DNA of 64,000 nt, from assembly GCA_016936815.1 (NCBI GenBank), contig JAFGXD010000172.1, positions 2,961 to 66,960 on the forward strand, given 5' to 3'. Shown here piece by piece: positions 20,331 through 30,871 of the stretch. Source of the DNA: Bacteroidales bacterium (GTDB lineage: Bacteria; Bacteroidota; Bacteroidia; Bacteroidales; GWF2-38-335). How positions within the stretch are numbered: position 1 is the first letter of the stretch; each line of letters starts with the position of its first letter. The notes beneath the pieces are model-generated. The model was not told where the DNA came from, did no database searches, and saw nothing but the letters and a program-made list of their open reading frames with translations. Position numbers and translations under genes: made by a program.

Positions 20331-22640
20331 ATGAACAAATTAACAACAATTGCACTAACGTTAACTTTATTTTTATCCCCATTTTTTATTCAAGCTCAAA
20401 ATGCTACAATTCGCGGTTTTGTTTACGAGAAAGCTACCGGTGAACCTGTACTTTTTACAAATGTTTATCTCGAAGGTACTACAAGAGGTGCAGCAACAGA
20501 CGACATAGGGTACTTCAATATTAGCAATGTTCCTCCAGGATCCTACACTATTGTTGTTTCAAACCTCGAATACGAAAAACTCTCTGTTAAAATTGGTGTA
20601 AAGCCAAACGAAATTCTAACACAACAACTCTATCTAACAAAAGGCTCCCAGGCACTTAGTCAGGTTACAATATCTGCAGAGCGCCAAGAAATGAAACGGC
20701 AAGTTAAGGCTTCAGTTGTAAAAATTACTCCAAAACAAATGTCAAAACTTCCTTCAATTGGTAACGAACCCGATCTTGCTCAGTATATGCAAATTGTTCC
20801 TGGAGTTGTATTTACCGGAGATCAAGGAGGTCAGCTCTACATTAGAGGAGGAAGCCCTATTCAGAATAAAGTCTTGCTTGATGGTATGATAATTTATAAT
20901 CCATTCCATTCCATTGGCTTTTTCTCTGTTTTCGATAGCGATATTATTAGAAATACCGATGTTTATACAGGAGGTTTTAATGCCGAATATGGAGGAAGAA
21001 TATCTTCAATAATGGACATTTCTACTCGCGATGGTAACAAAAATAGATTAGGCGGAAAGCTTTCAACATCCACTTTTGGTTCTAAAATTCTATTGGAAGG
21101 ACCTTTGAAAAAAAGCGAAACACTTTTCAGTGGAAGTTCATCATTTATTCTATCTGCAAAAAATTCATATTTGGAAGAAACTTCAAAACTCCTCTACAAA
21201 TACATCGACACAGCAGGACTTCCATTCAATTTTACCGACCTTTATGGAAAACTTTCACTTAATAGTTCTAACGGAAGTAAAGTGAATTTTTTTGGATTCC
21301 GTTTTAGCGATAAGGTTAATTACAGAGCTGTTAGCGATTTAAACTGGAATACATACGGATTCGGTACTAACGTCGTGCTTGTTCCATCAGGGTCTTCGGT
21401 GCTTATGAAAATAAATGCTTCTTATTCCGACTATGAAATTAAACTTCAAGAAGTTGATTTACTTCCTAGATTTTCACATATCAACGGGTTTAATTTCGGC
21501 CTTGGATTTGTTTATTTCTTTGGCCCCAACGAATTCGATTACGGAATTGAAACTTATGGCTACAAAACAGATTACCAGTTTTATAGCTCGGTGGGAAGAA
21601 AAATTTCCGATAATCAAAACACAACCGAATTAAGCGGATACCTAAAGTATAAACAATCTTTCAATAAAAAATTTCTATTCGAACCCGGATTAAGAATCCA
21701 ATATTACGCTTCTCTATCCGAAATATCCCCTGAACCCCGATTAGGCATGAAATATAATGCAACCGACTTTTTTAGAATAAAACTTGCTGCCGGATTATAC
21801 TCCCAAAACCTAATTTCTGCCAACTCCGACCGCGATGTTGTAAACCTTTTCTACGGATTCCTTTCAGGTCCCGACAATCTACAAACAACCTTCGATGGCA
21901 AAGAAGTTAATACAAAATTGCAAAAATCTCGACATTTAGTTTTTGGATTCGAAGTGGACGCTACCGAAGAATGGCTAATTAATATTGAAGGCTATTACAA
22001 ACAAAATGTACAACTTACAAACATCAATAGAAACAAAATTTACGACGATATACCATCAAACTGGGAAAAACCGGATTATCTGAAAAAAGACTTCATTATT
22101 GAAAATGGTGATGCTTATGGAATTGACATTCTTGTTAAATATACAAAAAAAAGAGCCTATTTATGGGCTGTTTACTCTTTGGGATATGTTACCCGCTACG
22201 ATGGTGTTGCAGAATATTTGCCTCATTACGACCGAAGACATAACGTAAACCTTGTTGGTTCTTATAATTTTGGTAAAAACCTTAATTGGGACGCTAATGT
22301 TAGATGGAACCTGGGATCCGGATTTCCATTTACCCAAACTCAAGGTTTTTACGAACAAGCCCCTTTTACAGATGGTATTAGCACAGATTATACAAATTCA
22401 AATGGCAGCTTAGGTATTGTTTATGCCGACTTAAATGGAGGCCGTCTTCCTTACTATCACCGTCTCGATATTTCTGTGAAAAAAACTATTGAATTTACAG
22501 TTAGATCAAAAATGGAAATAAATTTCGGAATTACTAATCTTTACAATAGAAATAACATTTTCTATTTCGACAGAATTAAACATGAAAGAGTAGATCAATT
22601 ACCTTTTATGCCAAGTATTGGAATTAATTATAGTTTCTAA
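20331..22640 (+). CDS. TonB-dependent receptor with N-terminal carboxypeptidase-regulatory-like domain
   Basis: 769 aa with a signal peptide, a CarboxypepD_reg-like segment (ATIRGFVYEKATGEPV...GYFNISNVPPGSYTIVVS), a plug-like region (PGVVFTGDQGGQLYIRGGSPIQNKVLLDGM) and a barrel ending ...GINYSF. Confidence 0.85.
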   Translation: MNKLTTIALTLTLFLSPFFIQAQNATIRGFVYEKATGEPVLFTNVYLEGTTRGAATDDIGYFNISNVPPGSYTIVVSNLEYEKLSVKIGVKPNEILTQQLYLTKGSQALSQVTISAERQEMKRQVKASVVKITPKQMSKLPSIGNEPDLAQYMQIVPGVVFTGDQGGQLYIRGGSPIQNKVLLDGMIIYNPFHSIGFFSVFDSDIIRNTDVYTGGFNAEYGGRISSIMDISTRDGNKNRLGGKLSTSTFGSKILLEGPLKKSETLFSGSSSFILSAKNSYLEETSKLLYKYIDTAGLPFNFTDLYGKLSLNSSNGSKVNFFGFRFSDKVNYRAVSDLNWNTYGFGTNVVLVPSGSSVLMKINASYSDYEIKLQEVDLLPRFSHINGFNFGLGFVYFFGPNEFDYGIETYGYKTDYQFYSSVGRKISDNQNTTELSGYLKYKQSFNKKFLFEPGLRIQYYASLSEISPEPRLGMKYNATDFFRIKLAAGLYSQNLISANSDRDVVNLFYGFLSGPDNLQTTFDGKEVNTKLQKSRHLVFGFEVDATEEWLINIEGYYKQNVQLTNINRNKIYDDIPSNWEKPDYLKKDFIIENGDAYGIDILVKYTKKRAYLWAVYSLGYVTRYDGVAEYLPHYDRRHNVNLVGSYNFGKNLNWDANVRWNLGSGFPFTQTQGFYEQAPFTDGISTDYTNSNGSLGIVYADLNGGRLPYYHRLDISVKKTIEFTVRSKMEINFGITNLYNRNNIFYFDRIKHERVDQLPFMPSIGINYSF

Positions 22641-22696
22641 AAAAATTGAACGATTTAAAAAAAATATAGTTTACAAGCTTTAAATCAGAAGTTTAA

Positions 22697-24307
<1,611 letters not shown>

Positions 24308-24332
24308 TCATTATAAAAGAAAAACTTAAGAA

Positions 24333-26444
24333 ATGGATAGAAATTCAGTAATAGGATTAGTGCTGATTGGTGCTCTCTTTGTTGGTTACATGTTCTATAA
24401 TAATCAACTCGTTGAAAAACAAAATGAAAAAATTTACACTTTGCATAAAAAACAAGCTGATAGTGTTTTAGTTATTGCAAACAATATGTATCAGAAAGGT
24501 ATGGACAATTTCGAACTTTCTAAAAAAGATACAGTAAAATCCGACAGCCTTAAAAATGTTGTTGCCATTCAACTACCCGATGCTTTTAAGAAATATGAAA
24601 TGGCTAAAACTCAATATTTAAAAGCCGGTGCAGCCAACAAAAAAGATACAGACATTCCTGTTGTTATAAAGAAAATTGAACGCCTGCAATATCAGGTAGA
24701 TTCAATAATGAAAAATGAAATATTAACCGATAACCTAATTGGTGTTAACAATGCTTCCGATACTACCAAAGTTATTGATAATGGTCTTCCCGTAGTTTTA
24801 GATTCCGGCGCAACTGCACTTGCTATCGACCAAACAACAAAATCTCAAGAAATAGACACTTTTATTCTTGAAAATAACAAAATGCAAGCCGCCATAATTA
24901 ACAGAGGCGGTAAAATTGAGTCGGTAATGCTTAAAGAATACCTTAAACACTCAAAATTCGAAAATAGAGAATTATTCCTTTTTCAAGGAGATTCAAATAT
25001 TTTCGATTTGCAATTTTACTTAAATAGAAAACTTTTTAATACCGAAGATAAGTATTTTGAAACCAATGGAATACAAAAAACAGAAAATGGTTCCGAATTA
25101 TCAATGTTCCTTTACTTCGATACTCTCAAAACAGTTTACCTTGAATTTGTTTACGAACTTCCCGAAGATGGCTATATGCTAAATTACAGCATTAAGTCAC
25201 AGGGCTTGCCGGATCTTACTTCTAATCAATCGCCTGCCTTAATCCATTGGAAACATAAACTACCGGCTTTGGAAAAAGGATATCTAAACGAGAATAATTT
25301 TACCGGCGTTTACTACCTTGAAGATGAAAATGTTGATTATCTTTCCGAAATGAGCGATGGTGAAGAGGTTCTGAATGCTGCCGTAAAATGGATATCGTTT
25401 AAACATCAGTTTTTTAGCTCAATTATTATTGCTGACCAACATTTTCCCGATGCCAAGGTAATTCAAAAAAAGCTGGATGACCCAAAACAGGAATACCTGA
25501 AGATTATGGAAGCCAACATTACCGTTCCTCCTTTCGATCAGGAAAGCAAATCAGTTGGCATGAAATTCTATTTTGGCCCAAACAAATTCAATATTCTTAG
25601 AGCTCAAGGCGAAGAATATCAATTTACTGAAATGATTCCTTTGGGATGGGGCTTTTTGGGTTGGATTAACCAATACATTGTAATTCCGGTTTTCAACTTT
25701 TTGGAAGGTTCTATTGTAAATTATGGTCTAATAATTCTAATTCTTACTCTGCTACTAAAACTTGTTCTGTTTCCTCTTACATACAGATCATATATTTCAA
25801 CAGCAAAAATGAGAGTAATTAAACCTCAACTCGATGAAGCCATTGCAAAAATCCCTAAGGAAAAAATGCAGGAACGTCAACAAGCTACTATGGCTTTCTA
25901 CAGAAAAGTTGGTGTTAGTCCTTTAGGCGGCTGTCTGCCAATGCTTGTTCAAATGCCAATTCTTATTGCACTTTTCCGTTTCTTCCCTGCTTCTTTCGAA
26001 CTTCGTCAGCAACCTTTCCTTTGGGCCGACGACCTTTCAGCCTTCGATTCTGTTGCAAGTTTGCCTTTTTCCATTCCTTTCTATGGCGACCATGTTAGCT
26101 TGTTTACACTGTTAATGACCATTAGTACAATAATTTACACAAGAATGAACTCTCAAATGACCTCAGGTCAGCAAATGCCCGGAATGAAGGTTATGATGTA
26201 CATTTTCCCAATAATGTTCCTTTTCTTCCTTAACAGCTATGCTTCAGGTTTAAGTTACTATTACCTATTGGCAAACCTTATTACCTTCGGCCAGATGTTC
26301 ATTATTAGAAAGTTTATTATTAACGATGAAAAAATTCTCTCAAAATTAGAAGCTGCAAAAAAGAAACCCGTTAAGAAATCAAAATGGGCAGAAAGATTAG
26401 AAGAAGCTCAAAAAAAGAGAATGCAACAAACAAAAAAACGATAA
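24333..26444 (+). CDS. yidC: membrane protein insertase YidC
   Basis: 703 aa with TM1, a large periplasmic domain, a conserved C-terminal 5-TM core (GGCLPMLVQMPILIALF...) and a basic tail. Confidence 0.93.
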   Translation: MDRNSVIGLVLIGALFVGYMFYNNQLVEKQNEKIYTLHKKQADSVLVIANNMYQKGMDNFELSKKDTVKSDSLKNVVAIQLPDAFKKYEMAKTQYLKAGAANKKDTDIPVVIKKIERLQYQVDSIMKNEILTDNLIGVNNASDTTKVIDNGLPVVLDSGATALAIDQTTKSQEIDTFILENNKMQAAIINRGGKIESVMLKEYLKHSKFENRELFLFQGDSNIFDLQFYLNRKLFNTEDKYFETNGIQKTENGSELSMFLYFDTLKTVYLEFVYELPEDGYMLNYSIKSQGLPDLTSNQSPALIHWKHKLPALEKGYLNENNFTGVYYLEDENVDYLSEMSDGEEVLNAAVKWISFKHQFFSSIIIADQHFPDAKVIQKKLDDPKQEYLKIMEANITVPPFDQESKSVGMKFYFGPNKFNILRAQGEEYQFTEMIPLGWGFLGWINQYIVIPVFNFLEGSIVNYGLIILILTLLLKLVLFPLTYRSYISTAKMRVIKPQLDEAIAKIPKEKMQERQQATMAFYRKVGVSPLGGCLPMLVQMPILIALFRFFPASFELRQQPFLWADDLSAFDSVASLPFSIPFYGDHVSLFTLLMTISTIIYTRMNSQMTSGQQMPGMKVMMYIFPIMFLFFLNSYASGLSYYYLLANLITFGQMFIIRKFIINDEKILSKLEAAKKKPVKKSKWAERLEEAQKKRMQQTKKR

Positions 26445-26462
26445 ACCAATAAATTATTTTCT

Positions 26463-27638
26463 ATGATTTCTATTCAGGAAGCTCTAAATATCGTTTTAAA
26501 AAAAGACTATTCCGTTGATTCAGAAATTATTAACTTCGTTGATTCTCTTCACAGAGTTTTAGCTGAAGATGTATTCTCCGATATTAATATGCCTCCGTTT
26601 AACAAATCGGCAATGGATGGCTTTGCATGCAGAATGTTGGATATTAATAATGAATTAGAATTAATTGAGACTATTCCTGCAGGAAAAATACCCAAAAAAA
26701 CAGTAGGTGTAAATCAATGCTCCAAAATAATGACAGGAGCTCCAATTCCTGAAGGTGCTGACTGCGTTATTATGGTAGAGGATACCAAAATCCTAAACAA
26801 CGGCAATATATTATTTCTAAAAGACAAAACTAAAGACAATATTTGCTATTTAGGCGAAGATATTACTGAAAATCAGAAGGTTTTGTCAAAAGGAACGCTT
26901 ATTAGACCACAACATATTGCCATAATGGCTTCTGTTGGAAAAACAAAAGTTCTTGTTGCTAAAAAGCCTAAAATAGGAATAATTGCTACCGGTAGCGAAA
27001 TTGTTGAGCCCGGAAATGTTCCAAATCAATCACAAATAAGAAACTCTAACGCTTATCAGCTTATCTCTCAGGTAAAATCTTTAGCCGCTATTCCAAACTA
27101 TTTGGGAATTGCAATAGATTCTGAAGAAGATACTTACCAGAAAATAAAGAAAGGATTAGAAGAAACCGACCTGCTTCTTCTTACAGGAGGGGTTTCTATG
27201 GGCGATTTCGATTTTGTTCCCAAAATTATGCAAAAAGCAGGTGTAGAAATTCTTTTCGACAAAATTGCTGTTCAACCGGGTAAACCAACAACTTTTGGAA
27301 TTCACAAAAAAGCCTCTATTTTTGGACTTCCCGGTAATCCTGTTTCTTCTTTCGTGCAATTCGAATTATTGGTTAAACCTCTAATTTATAAAATGATGGG
27401 GTGCAATTCTGCCTTACCCGAATTATTCCTTCCAATGAAAAATCGCTACGAAAGAAAACGAAGCGAAAGAGAATCTTGGTTTCCGGTTATTATTAATTCA
27501 GAAGGATTTGTGGAAACTCTCGATTACAACGGCTCTGCCCATATTAACGGCCTTGGTCCCGCTAACGCAATTTGCCGCATCGAGTTAGGAAAAAACTGCA
27601 TTGAACAAGGAGAAAGAGTTTATGTACGACCAATTTAA
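26463..27638 (+). CDS. moeA: molybdopterin molybdenumtransferase MoeA
   Basis: 391 aa with the SAMDGFA motif, the MoCF-biosynthesis domain segment LLLTGGVSMGDFD, and GLPGNPVSS. Confidence 0.9.
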   Translation: MISIQEALNIVLKKDYSVDSEIINFVDSLHRVLAEDVFSDINMPPFNKSAMDGFACRMLDINNELELIETIPAGKIPKKTVGVNQCSKIMTGAPIPEGADCVIMVEDTKILNNGNILFLKDKTKDNICYLGEDITENQKVLSKGTLIRPQHIAIMASVGKTKVLVAKKPKIGIIATGSEIVEPGNVPNQSQIRNSNAYQLISQVKSLAAIPNYLGIAIDSEEDTYQKIKKGLEETDLLLLTGGVSMGDFDFVPKIMQKAGVEILFDKIAVQPGKPTTFGIHKKASIFGLPGNPVSSFVQFELLVKPLIYKMMGCNSALPELFLPMKNRYERKRSERESWFPVIINSEGFVETLDYNGSAHINGLGPANAICRIELGKNCIEQGERVYVRPI

Positions 27639-28422
27639 TCGAAAAATTAATTACCTGAGAGTTTCAGTAACCGACAGATGCAATCTAAGATGTGTTTATT
27701 GCATGCCTGAAGAAGGTATTAAACTTATTTCCCACAACGATATTTTAAGTTTCGAAGAAATTATTGAGGTTATTCAAATCGCTGTAAATTTGGGAATTGA
27801 CAAAATTCGCATTACAGGTGGAGAGCCTTTGGTTAGAAAAGGTATTGTTAATTTAGTGCAAGAAATTTCTAAAATTCAAGGTATTAAAGATTTCGGAATG
27901 ACAACTAACGGAATTCTTCTTGAAGATTTTGCCGAAAAATTAGCAAATGCAGGGTTAAACCGAATAAATATTAGTCTGGATACTCTTAACCCCGAAACCT
28001 TTAAACAAATAACCCGTGGCGGCGACATTCAAAAAGTTCTTAACGGAATAAAAGCAGCAAAAAAAGCAGGATTAATGCCGGTAAAAATAAACTGCGTAAT
28101 TAAAGAAAGTCCAAAAGAAAAAGACGCAATGGAAGTTGCCGAATTTTGTCATAAAAACGGACTGGATATCAGATACATACATCTTATGGAACTTGACAAA
28201 GGTTCGTTTTCTGTGGTTGAAGGAGGCGAGGGTGGAAACTGCAAAACTTGTAACCGCTTACGATTAAGTGCCAATGGCTTTATTATGCCTTGTCTTTTTA
28301 GCGATATTGCATTCAACATTAGAGAATTAGGAATTAAAAATGCCATATTAAAAGCTGTTGAAAATAAACCAAAATGTGGAACATCCAGCTTCAATCATAA
28401 ATTCTATAACATTGGAGGTTAA
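27622..28422 (+). CDS. moaA: GTP 3',8-cyclase MoaA (compact form)
   Basis: Track ORF starts at a TTG at 27601. The ATG at 27622 gives MYDQFNRKINYLRVSVTDRCNLRCVYCMP (radical-SAM CxxxCxxC). The second cluster CKTC-x13-C and the C-terminal GG are present. About 266 aa. Overlaps the moeA 3' end by 17 nt. Confidence 0.9.
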   Translation: MYDQFNRKINYLRVSVTDRCNLRCVYCMPEEGIKLISHNDILSFEEIIEVIQIAVNLGIDKIRITGGEPLVRKGIVNLVQEISKIQGIKDFGMTTNGILLEDFAEKLANAGLNRINISLDTLNPETFKQITRGGDIQKVLNGIKAAKKAGLMPVKINCVIKESPKEKDAMEVAEFCHKNGLDIRYIHLMELDKGSFSVVEGGEGGNCKTCNRLRLSANGFIMPCLFSDIAFNIRELGIKNAILKAVENKPKCGTSSFNHKFYNIGG

Positions 28423-28423
28423 C

Positions 28424-28879
28424 ATGGTAAACAAACTAAGTCATGTAGACGAAAAAGGAAAAGCATTAATGGTTGATGTTGGTCATAAACCCCATCAAAC
28501 AAGAATTGCAACAGCCGAGGGTTATATTTTACTTTCAGAAAAAACTATTGAGCTTATTAAAGAAAATAAAATGAAAAAAGGCGATGTGCTTACAGTTGCC
28601 GAAATTGCCGGTATTCAGGGAGCAAAAAAGACTTCCGAACTTATTCCTTTGTGTCATCCGCTTCAAATAACCTCGGTAAAACTCACAACCCAAATTCTAG
28701 ATAATGGAATTAAAGTAAGCTCAATGGCCAAATGCATTGGTCAAACCGGCATTGAAATGGAAGCACTTACAGCGGTAAATATTGCTCTTCTAACCATTTA
28801 CGACATGTGCAAGGCAGTTGATAAATCAATGATAATCAAAGATATCAAACTCACCGGAAAACAAAAATTAGACGAATAA
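28424..28879 (+). CDS. moaC: cyclic pyranopterin monophosphate synthase MoaC
   Basis: Track ORF is 28358..28879. The ATG at 28424 gives MVNKLSHVDEKGKALMVDVGHK, the canonical MoaC start. LIPLCHPL motif present. Confidence 0.93.
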   Translation: MVNKLSHVDEKGKALMVDVGHKPHQTRIATAEGYILLSEKTIELIKENKMKKGDVLTVAEIAGIQGAKKTSELIPLCHPLQITSVKLTTQILDNGIKVSSMAKCIGQTGIEMEALTAVNIALLTIYDMCKAVDKSMIIKDIKLTGKQKLDE

Positions 28880-28891
28880 AAGTTTGAAAAG

Positions 28892-29827
28892 ATGAAGAAA
28901 CAAATTAAGATAGTTTCTGTAAATATTTCAGAAAAAAAAGGTACAGTTAAAAAACCCGTAAATACTATTAATCTAACCAAAAAAGGAATTCCCGAAGATG
29001 CTCATTCCGGCTCATGGCACAGGCAAATTAGTTTACTTGGCCAAGAAAGCTTCGATAAATTTGCTGTTCTTGCAGGAAGAAAGATTAATTATGGAGAATT
29101 TGCCGAAAACATTACAACCGAAGGAATTCTATTATATGAAACACTTCCATTCGACAAGTTTTATAACGAAAATATTGAGCTTGAAGTAACTCAAATTGGC
29201 AAGAAATGCCATGGTGATTCTTGTGCGATTTATCGTGAAGTTGGAAATTGCGTAATGCCCAAAGAAGGAATTTTTGCAAGAGTAAAAAAAGAAGGATTTT
29301 TAAAAGCCGGAGATATTTTGTATTATTCACCAAAAATTTTCAAAGCAAAAATAATTACATTAAGCGACAGGGCTTTTTCCGGAGAATATCAGGATTTGTC
29401 GGGGCCCAGAATTACCGAAATTCTAAATAAATTCTTCAACGACAAAAAATACCTTTCACAAATTGAAAATGTAATTATTCCTGACGATGCAGAAATTCTA
29501 AAAAAACTTATAACAGAATCTATTTCTAACTCTTACGATATAATAATTACCACCGGTGGAACAGGAATCGGACCACGAGATATTACAATTGAAACCGTAA
29601 AACCTCTCATAGAAAAAGAAATTCCGGGAATAATGGAAGCCATAAGAATAAAATATGGAATGGAAAAACCCAATGCACTATTAAGCCGTGGAGTAGCCGG
29701 TATAACTAACAAATCAATAATTTACACACTTCCGGGTTCAGTTAAAGCAGTAAATGAATATATGGAAGAAATACAAAAAACAATTTACCACCTGTTTCTA
29801 ATGATGAACAGTATTGATTCTCACTAA
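28892..29827 (+). CDS. MOSC domain fused to MogA/MoaB-type molybdopterin adenylyltransferase domain
   Basis: 311 aa. The N-terminal roughly 150 aa are MOSC-like (IVSVNISEKKGTVKKPV...HRQISLLGQES...ELEVTQIGKKCH). The C-terminal roughly 160 aa are MogA-like (AKIITLSDRAFSGEYQDLSGP...IIITTGGTGIGPRDIT...LPGSVKAV). Confidence 0.8.
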   Translation: MKKQIKIVSVNISEKKGTVKKPVNTINLTKKGIPEDAHSGSWHRQISLLGQESFDKFAVLAGRKINYGEFAENITTEGILLYETLPFDKFYNENIELEVTQIGKKCHGDSCAIYREVGNCVMPKEGIFARVKKEGFLKAGDILYYSPKIFKAKIITLSDRAFSGEYQDLSGPRITEILNKFFNDKKYLSQIENVIIPDDAEILKKLITESISNSYDIIITTGGTGIGPRDITIETVKPLIEKEIPGIMEAIRIKYGMEKPNALLSRGVAGITNKSIIYTLPGSVKAVNEYMEEIQKTIYHLFLMMNSIDSH

Positions 29828-29837
29828 ACCAGAAAAA

Positions 29838-30314
29838 ATGGAAATAAAAATTAGAAAAGCTGAAAAGACAGACATTCCGGCAATACTCGAATTAATTAAA
29901 GAACTTGCCGAATACGAAAGAGCCCCTCAGGAAGTAACAATAACTGAAAAGCAATTACTTAACGACGGCTTTTCAAACAACCCAATCTTTGAAGTTATTC
30001 TGGCCGAAAATAGTGAGGATGTTTTGGGAATGGCCTTTTACTTTTATTCTTACTCAACATGGAAAGGAATGTGTCTCTACCTTGAAGACATAATTGTTAA
30101 AAACAAATACCGAGGAAACGGAATTGGCGAAATTCTTTTCAAAGAAGTTATTAAGAAAGCTAAAGAAAAAGAAGCTAAACGCCTTCAATGGCAAGTTTTA
30201 GACTGGAACGAGCCTGCCATTAATTTCTACAAAAAGAAACTTAACGCAGTATTAGACGGAGAATGGATAAATTGCAAATTAACTGAACAACAAATTAAAG
30301 AATTTAAGCTATAG
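29838..30314 (+). CDS. GNAT family N-acetyltransferase, diamine/spermidine N-acetyltransferase-like
   Basis: Track start TTG 29814 was replaced by the ATG at 29838 (MEIKIRKAEKTDIPAILELIKELAEYE...). The GNAT core RGNGIG is present. From memory, the N-terminal block resembles SSAT-type enzymes. Confidence 0.8.
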   Translation: MEIKIRKAEKTDIPAILELIKELAEYERAPQEVTITEKQLLNDGFSNNPIFEVILAENSEDVLGMAFYFYSYSTWKGMCLYLEDIIVKNKYRGNGIGEILFKEVIKKAKEKEAKRLQWQVLDWNEPAINFYKKKLNAVLDGEWINCKLTEQQIKEFKL

Positions 30315-30316
30315 TT

Positions 30317-30871
30317 ATGGAAAGACAACAAGCTCTTGAATTGGTTTACAAGTATATAAAAAATGACAAAATGATAAAACACTGCCTCGCTTCAGAAGCA
30401 GTACTTAGAGGAATTGCAACAAAACTGGGTGAAGATGAGGAAAAATGGGGCTTAGCAGGTTTATTACACGATCTTGATGTTGAAATTACAAATGCTGATC
30501 CAAAAATTCATGGATTAAAAACAGAAGAATTGCTTGAAGGATATTCAGTTGATTCAGAAATTATTGAAGCCATTAGACTACATAATGAAGATGCAACTGA
30601 AATTCCAAGAACAAAACCTTTTCATCACGCTTTGGCGGCCGGCGAAACAATTACCGGATTAATTATGGCTACTACCTACGTTTATCCCGAAAAAAAACTG
30701 GCTGTGGTAAAACCAAAGTCGGTTGTAAAAAGAATGAAGGAAAAATCATTTGCAGCTTCAGTAAATAGAGACAATATAATGGAATGTGAAAAACTTGGAA
30801 TTTCAATTAATGAATTCGCCGAACTTAGCATTGCAGCAATGTTACCTATTTCGGATGAACTTGGATTGTGA
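30317..30871 (+). CDS. HD/HDIG domain-containing phosphohydrolase
   Basis: 184 aa with H...HD metal-binding motifs (IKHCLASEAV..., GLLHDLD). Confidence 0.75.
   Translation: MERQQALELVYKYIKNDKMIKHCLASEAVLRGIATKLGEDEEKWGLAGLLHDLDVEITNADPKIHGLKTEELLEGYSVDSEIIEAIRLHNEDATEIPRTKPFHHALAAGETITGLIMATTYVYPEKKLAVVKPKSVVKRMKEKSFAASVNRDNIMECEKLGISINEFAELSIAAMLPISDELGL

Noticed and set aside
26445-26462. Moco riboswitch upstream of moeA
   Set aside because: Only 18 nt separate the yidC stop from the moeA start, far too short for the riboswitch. No alternative leader exists.
28358-28423. N-terminal extensions in the ORF track (moaC from 28358, moaA from 27601, ispF from 31671, trmD from 17336, GNAT from 29814, mgtE from 54178, wza from 48594, lipoprotein from 60995, yqeY from 16092)
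   Set aside because: The extensions start at TTG/GTG, overlap upstream genes or promoter boxes, and add residues absent from the conserved N-termini of these families. An internal ATG gives the canonical N-terminus in each case.
29838-30871. GNAT plus HD pair as a toxin-antitoxin or defence module
   Set aside because: No small DNA-binding antitoxin partner is present. The GNAT resembles metabolic diamine acetyltransferases rather than tRNA-acetylating toxins, and the pair sits within a housekeeping operon context.
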